Shown here piece by piece: positions 46,439 through 55,290 of a DNA stretch of 64,000 nucleotides (the first letter of the stretch is position 1; each line of letters opens with the position of its first letter). The stretch covers positions 4,128,001-4,192,000 of the forward strand of contig JASGJH010000001.1 in NCBI GenBank assembly GCA_047601445.1, given 5' to 3'. The DNA comes from Myxococcales bacterium. Lineage in GTDB: Bacteria > Myxococcota_A > Polyangia > Polyangiales > DASUME01. The position numbers and the translations under genes were made by a program. The notes beneath the pieces are model-generated. The model saw nothing but the letters and a program-made list of their open reading frames with translations. It was not told where the DNA came from and ran no database searches.

Positions 46439-47667
46439 GGCCGCGTCACCGCGAAGATTTGAATAGGATTGAGGGCATCGAAGCGCATGTAGCGCGCCAG
46501 CGGCGCGGCTCTCGATACCTGCAGCATGGTGACCTCGGGGATCAGGTCGCGCTCGCGCAGGCACGCGTAACACTCATGACTGTTCTCGAGCGTGATCGCA
46601 TTCACAACCAGCCGGCCACCGGGCTTGAGTCGCTGAAGCGCGAGCTCGATGATGGCCCGCATACTGCCCTTGCTGCCGCCCACGAACACAGCGTCGGGCG
46701 CTGGCAGGTCTCCGAGCGCCTGCGGGGCGAGACCGCTGATCACGGTCATGTTGTCGGCACCGTGCGTCCTGGCGTTCTCGCGGCAGATCTCCACGCCTTC
46801 CGGGTCGACCTCTACGGCATAGACGTGGCCCGAGCTGGCCAGCAGTGCGGCTTCGATGCCCACCGAACCGGACCCGGCGCCCACGTCCCACACCACGCTG
46901 TCGCGACGCAGCTGCATGGCGCCGAGCGAGAGCAGCCGAACCTCGCGCTTGGTGATCAGCCCCTGCTTGGGCATACGCTTCTCGAAGGCGCTCTCGGGCA
47001 GATAGGGAATCAGTGCAGGCTCGCGAAAGTCGGGATCGCTGCGCTCGAGCAGCAGGACGTTGAGCGGGCCGACGTCGTCGCATTGCGCGAGTGATGAGAG
47101 GTCGAACGAGCGACAGCGCTCGCCCGGTCCGCACAGGTTCTCCAGCACGAACGCGGAAAAACCCGTCTCTCCGTAGGCGATCAGGTGCGCGGCGATGCGC
47201 TGAGGCGTGTTCTCTCGGTCGGTGAGGATGGCCACGCGCCGCTCGCCGCGGATGCGCGAGACGACCTGCTCCAGGGGACGCCCGTGCAGCGACAGGACCC
47301 GAGCGTGGTCGTAGGCGATGCCGGCGCGGGCAAATGCCCACTGCACGCTGGACGGCTGAGGGATCACCTCCACGTGCGCGCGTCCCACCGTCTCGATGAT
47401 CCGGGCTCCGATGCCGAAGAAGAGCGGGTCGCCCGAGGCGAGGACACAGACCGAGCGGTCCTCGGCCCACTGCGCGACGCGCGCGAGCACCGCGTCGAGC
47501 CCCCCCTTGATCGGGAGTCGCTCGCCGTGAAACTCGGGAAAGAAGGCCAGCTGGCGCTCTCCGCCAACGAGGACCTGCGCGCGCGCGATGGCGTCCATCG
47601 CTCGGCTGGTGAGGCCACGACAGCCGTCATCGCCGATCCCCACAATCGAAACGGCCCGCCTGCTCAT
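46435..47667 (-). CDS. cbiET: Bifunctional precorrin-6B C5,C15-methyltransferase (CbiE-CbiT/CobL)
   Basis: VGIGDDG, LASGDPLFFGIG, SLHGR, ITKREVR, WDVGAGSGSV, PDAVFVGG. Confidence 0.95.
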   Translation of the reverse strand: MSRRAVSIVGIGDDGCRGLTSRAMDAIARAQVLVGGERQLAFFPEFHGERLPIKGGLDAVLARVAQWAEDRSVCVLASGDPLFFGIGARIIETVGRAHVEVIPQPSSVQWAFARAGIAYDHARVLSLHGRPLEQVVSRIRGERRVAILTDRENTPQRIAAHLIAYGETGFSAFVLENLCGPGERCRSFDLSSLAQCDDVGPLNVLLLERSDPDFREPALIPYLPESAFEKRMPKQGLITKREVRLLSLGAMQLRRDSVVWDVGAGSGSVGIEAALLASSGHVYAVEVDPEGVEICRENARTHGADNMTVISGLAPQALGDLPAPDAVFVGGSKGSMRAIIELALQRLKPGGRLVVNAITLENSHECYACLRERDLIPEVTMLQVSRAAPLARYMRFDALNPIQIFAVTRP

Positions 47668-48317
47668 GTCGCACGCTCCGTCGAGAGCAGGAGCAACGCA
47701 TGCAGGATGGCGACTGCGATCGGACTTCCGCCCTTGCGCCCACGAGCCACGATGCTCGGCAGGGCCTCTACCGCGAGCACGGCCTCCTTGGACTCCGCCG
47801 CCGAGACGAAGCCCACGGGCACGCCTACGATCAACGCGGGTCTCGCCCCCTCTTCTTGCATCAGTCGGAGGAGCTCCAATAGCGCAGTCGGCGCATTGCC
47901 GACCGCGATCACCGCGCCATCGACGAGACCCATCCTGTGCGCCTTCCGCATCGCCTCGATCGCGCGCGTGCTGTTCTTGCGCTTCGCCTCGCTGATTACG
48001 TCTTCATCGGAGATGAAGCAGTGCACCTTGCAGCCGTAGCTAGCCAAGCGCTCCTCATTGAGGCCCACCTGGATCATGCGCACGTCTACCAACACCGGGC
48101 AGCCACGCTTGAGTGCTGCGATACCTGCATCGATGGCGTGCGGATGAACCCTGGTCAGGGTCGCGAACTCGAAGTCGGCGGTGGCATGGATCACGCGGCG
48201 CACCACCTGCCAGGCATCGGGTGTGAAGCCGTGCTCGCCGATCTCACGATCGATGATCGCGAAGCTACCGTCCTCTATGCTACGGCCAAGGGCCGTCATC
48301 TGTCTCATGTCGTTCAC
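47664..48317 (-). CDS. cbiC: Precorrin-8 methylmutase (CbiC/CobH)
   Basis: RRVIHATADF, GNAPTAL, PVGFVSAAESK, GRKGGS. Confidence 0.95.
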   Translation of the reverse strand: MNDMRQMTALGRSIEDGSFAIIDREIGEHGFTPDAWQVVRRVIHATADFEFATLTRVHPHAIDAGIAALKRGCPVLVDVRMIQVGLNEERLASYGCKVHCFISDEDVISEAKRKNSTRAIEAMRKAHRMGLVDGAVIAVGNAPTALLELLRLMQEEGARPALIVGVPVGFVSAAESKEAVLAVEALPSIVARGRKGGSPIAVAILHALLLLSTERAT

Positions 48318-49435
48318 GAAGGTCCTCCTGGGATCACGGCTTCCACGCGCGGGTGGCGCGCGAGCAGCGCACCACCGAAGTCGACCATGATGGCGGCGAT
48401 GGCCAGACTGCTGCCGGCGTGCTTCTCGGTGTGTTCGACCGCGCGCTGGCAGATCAACTCGGTCAGGTGCACGATGCCGCGCTCGGTGCAGATCTCCAGT
48501 ACGTGACGGGCGGTGTTCGCGGCGCCGATGCGCTCGCAGGTCGCGAAGTCGGCTCCAAGCTCTCGTGCAAACCCCGCCAGCAGCTCGAGGTTGACCTCCG
48601 AGCCGGCGACGTGGGTCTGCATCTTGCCGTTCGCCATCTTCGACAGCTTGCCGATCATGCCCACGATGTGTGCGCGCGGAAATCGCCGGCGGGCGGCGTG
48701 CTTGACGGCCACACCCACGAAATCGCCCATCTGCACGAAGGCCTCCTCGGGCAGGTGCGGGAAGAGCTTCATGGCATAGGCTTCGCTCTTGCCGCCCGTC
48801 GTGAGCACGACGTCGTCGATGCCTCGCTCCTTGGCCACGTCGATGGCCTGGACGACGCTCGCACGATAGGCGGCCGTCGAGTACGGCTTGACGATCCCGG
48901 AGGTGCCGAGGATCGAGATCCCTCCGAGCAAGCCCAGGCGAGCGTTGGTGGTCTGCTTCGCGAGCTCTTCTCCGCCAGGCACGCTGATGGTCACCACGGC
49001 GCCGGCATACTGGGAACCTCGCAACTCCTCTTCGACCATCTCCGCGATGTTGCGGCGCGGCACGGGATTGATGGCCGGGCCGCCCACCTCGAGACCGAGG
49101 CCCGGCTTGGTGACCGTGGCTACACCTTCGCCGCCGCGAATCTCCACGCCCGCCGTGTTGCGCAGGCTGACCTCCGCCACGATCCGTGCTCCGTGCGTGC
49201 AGTCCGGGTCGTCGCCGCCGTCCTTCACCACCGCGCAGCGAGCCAGATCTCCTTCACGTTCGGCGTGCGCCAGCGGAAAGATCACGCGCTGGCGATTCGG
49301 AAGGGTGCTCTCGATGCTCTCGAGCGGTGCCGCGCGAAGCAAGATGCGCGTGGCGGCCTTGGCGGCTGCAGCGGCGCAGGCCCCGGTGGTGAAACCGGTG
49401 CGCAACCCCTTCTTGTCGCGAGGCGGAACGGCCAT
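48314..49435 (-). CDS. cbiD: Cobalt-precorrin-5B C1-methyltransferase
   Basis: GFTTGACAAAA, KDGGDDPDCTHG, AINPVPR, GGISILGTSGIVKPYS. Confidence 0.96.
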   Translation of the reverse strand: MAVPPRDKKGLRTGFTTGACAAAAAKAATRILLRAAPLESIESTLPNRQRVIFPLAHAEREGDLARCAVVKDGGDDPDCTHGARIVAEVSLRNTAGVEIRGGEGVATVTKPGLGLEVGGPAINPVPRRNIAEMVEEELRGSQYAGAVVTISVPGGEELAKQTTNARLGLLGGISILGTSGIVKPYSTAAYRASVVQAIDVAKERGIDDVVLTTGGKSEAYAMKLFPHLPEEAFVQMGDFVGVAVKHAARRRFPRAHIVGMIGKLSKMANGKMQTHVAGSEVNLELLAGFARELGADFATCERIGAANTARHVLEICTERGIVHLTELICQRAVEHTEKHAGSSLAIAAIMVDFGGALLARHPRVEAVIPGGPS

Positions 49436-50172
49436 CAGAGCAACGAGGCCTTTCTGACGGGGTGGTGGAAGAAGTTCTCGCTCTGAATCGGCACGTCCGC
49501 GAGCCCCCGCTGGTCCAGGAACGCGCGCGCGAAGGCAGGCAGTTCACCGTCGCCGGCCAGGTACACACGCGTGGGAGGGCCCTCGCTCGCGAGAGCGTCG
49601 AGGCAGCCTACGAACGCTGTCTGGCGCTCCGGGGTGCCGACTGCGGGCGAGCGGATATGACGTAGACGCAGGTCGCCGGGACACCGTGCCTCGACCTCCG
49701 TGGGCGATAGGAAGTACTCGCGTGAGGCCGCCCACCAAACGAGTGTGGTGTGCTGGAGAGCGGGCGCGAAGCCCGCGCCGCGAAGCAATCCGAGTGCGGC
49801 CGTGATGCCGGTGTCGCTGGCCACGACCCAGACACGTTCCTCGCTCTCCGCCAACACGGGAGCAAGCTTGCCCCAAGGCCCGCTGAATCGAACCTGCGTG
49901 CCCGCTTCGAGCGCGAGCATGGTCGCAGCCCCGAGTCCGCCCGCGACGGGGTAAACGGCGAGCTCGAATCGGCCCTGATCGGAGTCACTGGAAGTCAGCG
50001 AGTAGGCGCGTTTTCGGCGCTTTCCATCGGGCAGGTCGAGCCCCGTGTCCACGATGATGTACTGTCCTCCGCGAAATCCGAGCGGTGCACCATCGCTCAT
50101 CTCGAAACGCAAGAAGGCGCCGTCACCAACGGGCTGGCGCTCGAGCAGTCGTGCGGTGCGCACCGTGGCCAT
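49435..50172 (-). CDS. Ferredoxin-NAD(P)+ reductase-like flavoprotein
   Basis: FRGGQY, RAYSL (FAD), GPWG, SDTGITA, YLAG, ENF. TGATG-coupled to cbiD. Confidence 0.85.
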   Translation of the reverse strand: MATVRTARLLERQPVGDGAFLRFEMSDGAPLGFRGGQYIIVDTGLDLPDGKRRKRAYSLTSSDSDQGRFELAVYPVAGGLGAATMLALEAGTQVRFSGPWGKLAPVLAESEERVWVVASDTGITAALGLLRGAGFAPALQHTTLVWWAASREYFLSPTEVEARCPGDLRLRHIRSPAVGTPERQTAFVGCLDALASEGPPTRVYLAGDGELPAFARAFLDQRGLADVPIQSENFFHHPVRKASLL

Positions 50173-50175
50173 CGC

Positions 50176-50556
50176 TCAACCCTCCTCGGCGGGATAGAGC
50201 TCATGAACGAAGTCGTGCATCTCCTCGAGCTCCTGGCAGAAGCGCGCCATGCCCTCGACGTGGGCGTTCAATTCGAGCTCGACCTTCTTGGTGAGGACCA
50301 TGAGTGACGCGAGGTAGGGGCGCTCGGGTGCGCTGGCGGCGGTCTTCGCGACCTTCTCTTCCAGGCCGACCAGCGCGTGTTCGAAGCGTTCCCGCAGCGC
50401 TCGCAGTTCGCGTGTGCTCGCCAGCGTGGCGAGCGCCCCCGGTGCACTCGCGAGCGCGCCGAGCTCGGCTCGCTCGTGTTCACGTTCGCTCTCGTCGAAT
50501 CCACCGAGCACGTTCATGAGTCCGAGTCGCAGTGCTGCAATTTCGTGGCAAGCCAT
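50176..50556 (-). CDS. DUF3209-like small helical protein
   Basis: MACHEIAALRLGLMNVLG N-terminus and DxxHE-like C-terminal motif (EEMHDFVHE), in cobalamin-cluster context. Confidence 0.8.
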   Translation of the reverse strand: MACHEIAALRLGLMNVLGGFDESEREHERAELGALASAPGALATLASTRELRALRERFEHALVGLEEKVAKTAASAPERPYLASLMVLTKKVELELNAHVEGMARFCQELEEMHDFVHELYPAEEG

Positions 50557-50570
50557 GTTTCGCGTTCCTT

Positions 50571-51770
50571 TCAGGCCATGATGTTGTCGACGAGTCGCGC
50601 CAGGATGCGGTCGCCTTGCAGGTGCTCGGCGATCAGCTCGGGCGTGTCCTGTTCGCGCACGCCGCGGTACCAGATGCCGTCCGGATACACGACCACCGCC
50701 GGGCCCTCTCCGCAGCGGCCCATGCAGCCCGTGCGCGTGACGCGGATGTCACGCTCGAGATGGACCTGCTTGAGCCGCCGTCGCAGTGCGGACAGGACCG
50801 CCATGCTGCCGCGCTCGACGCAGTCGCCGTTGCCACACACCAGCACGTGCTTTTTGAGCGGTCGGTGTGCATGCGCGTGGGGAGCGGCCTGGCCGTGGGT
50901 GACGCCGTGACGAACGCTGTAGAGCAGAGCCTTGAGTCCACCCACTCCGTCGGCAATCGCGCCGATGGGGGTACGGTACTGACACGTGTCGCACGGCAAT
51001 GGACTCGCGCCGGAGAGCGCGTTCTCGATGCGTTCCTCGAGCGCTCGTAGGACCTCGGGCTGTGCGCCGATGGGGTCACAGAGCGCGAAGTCGATCCACG
51101 GCGCCGCCTGTACGACTGCAGCGAGCTGTTCGCGCAGCTTGTCGAAGATCCGCCCCGCGAACAGCAGATAGGGTGCGACGACTACCCGCTTCGGGCGGCC
51201 CCGGATGGCCCGCTGTAGAGCGTCCTCGAAACTGGGCTTGGCGATGCCTGCGAAGCAAGGTTCGAAGGAGCTGATCGGCCTTCCTTCGGCGGTGAGGCGC
51301 GCGAGCTTGTACAGGTCGGCGTTGGCATCCGGATCACTCGCTCCGCGCCCGACCACCACCAGGGTCGTCGGTTCGGCCGGGCTGGTGAGCTGCGGCGCGA
51401 TGCGCTGCCAAAATGCGTTCAGCATGGCGGGATGCAGCCCGAGAGGCTCTGCCGCGACGAACTGGACCCGCGGGTGTTGCCGGCGTGCCCGGGACAGCGC
51501 CAGCGGGATGTCGTTCTTGACGTGCGGCGCGGTGAACAAGAGGACGGGCGCCACGACTACGCGTGAACTCATCCGCGCTGCGGCATGCAAAGCGGCGTCG
51601 AGAAGGGGCTGCGCGAGCTCGACGTACGCCGGGACAGCTCGCCTGCCGGTCGCCTCGCCATACCTCGCAACGAGCCCTTCGAACGCGAAGTTCGCGCCCG
51701 CTTCGCGGCTGCCGTGGCCGACGAGCACGACGACCGGCGCTTCCGATCCTGCGCACGCTAGATGGTCCAT
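50571..51770 (-). CDS. cbiX: Sirohydrochlorin cobaltochelatase CbiX fused to a thioredoxin-like [2Fe-2S] ferredoxin
   Basis: VGHGS and HVKNDIP chelatase His residues, second domain VGRGASD, CDTC motif, His-rich linker, VCGNGDC...CMGRCGEGP...YPDGIWY. Confidence 0.92.
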   Translation of the reverse strand: MDHLACAGSEAPVVVLVGHGSREAGANFAFEGLVARYGEATGRRAVPAYVELAQPLLDAALHAAARMSSRVVVAPVLLFTAPHVKNDIPLALSRARRQHPRVQFVAAEPLGLHPAMLNAFWQRIAPQLTSPAEPTTLVVVGRGASDPDANADLYKLARLTAEGRPISSFEPCFAGIAKPSFEDALQRAIRGRPKRVVVAPYLLFAGRIFDKLREQLAAVVQAAPWIDFALCDPIGAQPEVLRALEERIENALSGASPLPCDTCQYRTPIGAIADGVGGLKALLYSVRHGVTHGQAAPHAHAHRPLKKHVLVCGNGDCVERGSMAVLSALRRRLKQVHLERDIRVTRTGCMGRCGEGPAVVVYPDGIWYRGVREQDTPELIAEHLQGDRILARLVDNIMA

Positions 51771-51967
51771 GGCGGATCATCCAGGAGTCGGCTGGGTAGC
51801 CGCGGTCTTGATCACCCACCCGGCCCATCGTCTTTGGCTCGTCATCCTCGGGTCTCCCCGCTCGGGACCACGCGGACGAACCCATAGGGGTCACCGACCC
51901 CATGCAGAACGCGCCCCGAAGGACCCCGGCCGTTGCCTCCGTGTCCACGCGGAGTGCTGCCAACGCA

Positions 51968-52150
51968 TCGAGGTAGGTCTCCTGGCTCGCAGGTTCGGGT
52001 TTAACCCTCGCTTTCGCCGCCTTCCCCGGTTCTCGACCGAGTGACCTTGACGAAAAGCTCCCTGCTTACAGTGGCGGGACCGCGCCGGTCTTGCACCGGC
52101 TTCCCTTTTACGCCCGCGCGTTGTCCGCGAAGGCACCCAGATACGGCCGC
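51968..52150 (-). ncRNA. Cobalamin (B12) riboswitch
   Basis: Minus strand reads GGTGC...AAAAGGGAAGCCGGTGCAAGACCGGCGCGGTCCCGCCACTGTAA...GGGAAGG...GAGCCAGGAGACCT; about 200 nt upstream of cbiX. Confidence 0.95.
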
Positions 52151-52273
52151 CATCGGCGGCAGGTGTAAAGTAGCGGGACACACCGAGCCGTCAAGGGCCC
52201 GTCGTCGTCACGCTGGATACAGCGCGCGAGCCTCCACCGGAACGGACATTTGCGGGGGCGTTCTTGAAGGGCT

Positions 52274-54553
52274 CTAGGTTCCCGACTGCTGCGGCAGGGA
52301 TTCGTCGAGCGTGCCGCCCGTCTCCTTGGACCAGGCCGCGCCCCTCTGAATCGACCAGCCAGTGCTCAATCCGACCACGAAGGCCACCAGGGACACGGTC
52401 CCCGCAGCGAACAGCGTGTCACCGATCACGCGCATCCATCGCAACCTTTGCATGACGTCGCCCTGGAGGAACTCGGAGCTGCGCGCGTACCAGTATCCAT
52501 GCTCCACCGAGGCCCAGGTCTGCATCAACCCCACCGGCAGGAGGCTCAACACGATCATCGCCACGAGCCCGCCGTTGATGGCCCAGAAAGCAAAACTCAA
52601 GGTTCCCTCTCGCCAAACCGCATCCGGCTTCAGGGCACGGAAGCAAAACAGCATGAGTCCGATACCCAGCATCCCGTAGACGCCGAACAGCGCGGCGTGA
52701 CCGTGCACCGGAGTGGTGTTGAGTCCCTGCATGTAATAGAGCGCCACAGGCGGATTGATCATGAATCCGAACAGGCCCGCGCCCACGAGGTTCCAGAAGG
52801 CCACGGCCACGAAGAAATAGATCGGCCAGCGGTACTTGCGCACCCAGGGCCGCGTCTTGGTGAGCTTGAGGTTGTGCCAAGCTTCGAAGCCCACGAACAG
52901 CAGCGGCACCACTTCGAGGGCGCTGAAGACGGCCCCTAGCGCGAGAACCAGGGTGGGCGTCCCCGAGTAGTACAGATGGTGCAGGGTGCCGATGATTCCC
53001 CCCGAGAGGAAGATCGTCGAGGCCAACACGGTGGCCGTGCCGGCGGTCTTCAAGCTCACCAGGTGTAGCCGTGCGAACAGGAAGGCGATGACCACCGTGG
53101 CGAAGACCTCGAAGAACCCCTCGACCCACAAGTGTACGACCCACCAGCGCCAGTACTCGGCGACCGCCAGGTTCGTGCTCCGCCCGGCGCCGAGCGCCGC
53201 TCCGTAGAAGCCTGCGATGGCAAACGAGGAGACGAGAAAGAGCGTCAGGATGGTCCGCTGCTCGTCGCGACGCCGCAGCGCCGGCAAGATCGCGCGGATC
53301 AGCAGGGCGAGCCATAGAAACAGACCGACCAGCAGCGCGATCTGAAACGCTCGCCCGAGGTCGATGTACTCGTAGCCGCTGTGGCCGAAATAGAACCAGG
53401 CGTCGCCTGTGAGCCGCTGCTTCACGCTCAGCCATTGCCCTGCCATCGAGCCGACGACCACCACGAGCAGCGCTCCGAAGAGCACATTGACGCCAAGCCG
53501 TTGAAAGCGTGGCTCGGTGCCCACGGCGGGTGCCAAGTACAACCCTGCGGCCAGCCAGGCCGTGGCGATCCAGAAGATGCCGAGCTGAAGGTGCCACGTG
53601 CGCGTGATGACGTAGGGCAACATGGCGTCGATCGGCACGCCATAGAAGCCGCTGCCCTCCACGCCATAGTGCGCGGTGATCACCCCCAGCATGACCTGCA
53701 CCAGGATCAACGCCGCGACGGTCCAGAAGTACTTCACCACTGCGCGCTGCGAAGGCGTGGACGCGGACCCGAGCAAGGGATCATCGCCCGGGATGTCGCC
53801 GGGCGGCAGCTCTTCCTTATGCGTCGCATATCGGAAAGCCATGGCGCCGATGCCGGCCAGCAGCACGATGATGCTGACCCCGGTCCACACCAGGGCTTCT
53901 CCCGTGGGCCGATTGCCGATCAGGGGTTCGTGGGGCCAGTTGCTCGTGTATGTGATGTCCTCTCCAGGTCGCTTGGTGGCCGCCGCCCACGCACTCCAGA
54001 AAGTGAACGCAGCCAGTTGAGCGAGCCGCTGCGGGTCGGTCAGCGTATCCCGCGGAATCGCGTACTCCGCGCGCCCCTTCGTGAAGATGTCACGGTAGTG
54101 CTCGGCGTTGGCGCGATACGCGTGGGCGCGCACGGGGTCGATCGTCAAGGTTCGTGTTTCGGGATCGTAGTGATTCTCCCGAAAGCGGGCCTCCAGGCGA
54201 CGTTGCAATGCCCCTTGCTGCTCGGGACCCAGCCGTGCGTAGGGCTTGCCGAACTCGACTCGAGACCATTCATCGAGGATGAAGATGAGCTCTCGGTGAA
54301 GCCAATCCGCCGTCCAATCGGGTGCAACGTAGCTACCGTGGCCCCAAATGGAGCCGAGCTCCATTCCGCCCATGGCCTGCCAAACGTTCTGCCCTGCGCC
54401 GATGGCACCCGCCGGAACGACCTCCTCACCATCGGTCGTCACGACGCGTTCGGGGATCGGCGGCGCTTGTTGATAGATGCGCAGGCCCGTCCACCCCAAG
54501 ACGGCGAAAGACAACGTCATCACGGCGATGAAGCCGACCCAGACACGCGACAT
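52274..54553 (-). CDS. norB: Quinol-dependent nitric oxide reductase (qNOR, long NorB/NorZ)
   Basis: GSIWGHGSYVAPDWTADWLHRE, WWVVHLWVEGFFE, GTLHHLY, SALEVVP, HGHAALFG; 759 aa; GGAGGAG RBS. Confidence 0.96.
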   Translation of the reverse strand: MSRVWVGFIAVMTLSFAVLGWTGLRIYQQAPPIPERVVTTDGEEVVPAGAIGAGQNVWQAMGGMELGSIWGHGSYVAPDWTADWLHRELIFILDEWSRVEFGKPYARLGPEQQGALQRRLEARFRENHYDPETRTLTIDPVRAHAYRANAEHYRDIFTKGRAEYAIPRDTLTDPQRLAQLAAFTFWSAWAAATKRPGEDITYTSNWPHEPLIGNRPTGEALVWTGVSIIVLLAGIGAMAFRYATHKEELPPGDIPGDDPLLGSASTPSQRAVVKYFWTVAALILVQVMLGVITAHYGVEGSGFYGVPIDAMLPYVITRTWHLQLGIFWIATAWLAAGLYLAPAVGTEPRFQRLGVNVLFGALLVVVVGSMAGQWLSVKQRLTGDAWFYFGHSGYEYIDLGRAFQIALLVGLFLWLALLIRAILPALRRRDEQRTILTLFLVSSFAIAGFYGAALGAGRSTNLAVAEYWRWWVVHLWVEGFFEVFATVVIAFLFARLHLVSLKTAGTATVLASTIFLSGGIIGTLHHLYYSGTPTLVLALGAVFSALEVVPLLFVGFEAWHNLKLTKTRPWVRKYRWPIYFFVAVAFWNLVGAGLFGFMINPPVALYYMQGLNTTPVHGHAALFGVYGMLGIGLMLFCFRALKPDAVWREGTLSFAFWAINGGLVAMIVLSLLPVGLMQTWASVEHGYWYARSSEFLQGDVMQRLRWMRVIGDTLFAAGTVSLVAFVVGLSTGWSIQRGAAWSKETGGTLDESLPQQSGT

Positions 54554-54587
54554 GAGCTCCTCCTGCTAAGCGTTGGAAGGACCCATG

Positions 54588-54603
54588 TGCACAGGTCATG
54601 CCT
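54588..54603 (-). promoter_or_regulatory. Putative sigma-54 promoter for qNOR
   Basis: Minus strand AGGCATGACCTGTGCA = GG-N10-GC, about 35 nt before the ATG. Confidence 0.45.
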
Positions 54604-54665
54604 CGAGGGCCCGACCGGCCAAGAACAGCGCTATTCGCCACGAGATGGCATGCGCGAGCAGGCGG

Positions 54666-54682
54666 CTGGCCCGCGCTTTGCA
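54666..54682 (+). promoter_or_regulatory. Putative sigma-54 promoter
   Basis: CTGGCCCGCGCTTTGCA has one mismatch to YTGGCACG-N4-TTGCW; 46 nt before the ATG at 54729. Confidence 0.6.
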
Positions 54683-54728
54683 CACACCTGGGCATCACCA
54701 ATTTACCACTGCTCACGGAGTGCGTTCC

Positions 54729-55100
54729 ATGAAAGCCCATGTTCAAGCCCTCTTCCTCGCTCTCGCGTTCGCGGTCGTATCGTCGCCCCTGATGGGGCAA
54801 GCCGCGCTTGCACAAGAGGTCTTGGTGCCAGCCACCGCCGCGGATCACCTTGCGCTCGCCAAGACCTATTCGGAGAAGGCGGCCGCGTATCACAAGGAAG
54901 GCGAGTACCACCACAAGATGGCCGAGGCTTACAAGAAGAGCATCGCCACGTCTCCCAAGCAGCCCCAGCCCGATCCGCGGGTGAAGAAGATGGAGAAGCA
55001 CTGTCAGGCCATCGCGAGCGGAGCCGAGAAGCTCGCCAAGGACGCACAAGCGATGGCTGACTACCATACCGCTCGCGCGAAGGAGCTCGAGGGCAAGTAG
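54729..55100 (+). CDS. Small secreted helical His/Met-containing protein (possible metal binder)
   Basis: Signal peptide ending ALA-Q; DHLALAKTY...HHKMAEAY...MEKHC...MADYH. Confidence 0.75.
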   Translation: MKAHVQALFLALAFAVVSSPLMGQAALAQEVLVPATAADHLALAKTYSEKAAAYHKEGEYHHKMAEAYKKSIATSPKQPQPDPRVKKMEKHCQAIASGAEKLAKDAQAMADYHTARAKELEGK

Positions 55101-55290
55101 TCGCTCGCAGGAAATGCGTCCAGGACTACAGAGCCGCGCATTGCTTGCGAGCCGCTGACCTTCGGGCCACGGGCCAGCCGCCTCAAGGATCGGCGAACCT
55201 GTCGCAAACAGTTTCAACCCGCGTCGAGGCTCGACCCACCCTACGGGGACCGCACCCAAGTGCACTGGGCGCGCGTATGTAGGGAAAAAC

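Noticed and set aside
51770..54553. Functional link between qNOR and the B12 operon
   Set aside because: Only adjacency supports it; the cob operon has its own riboswitch leader.
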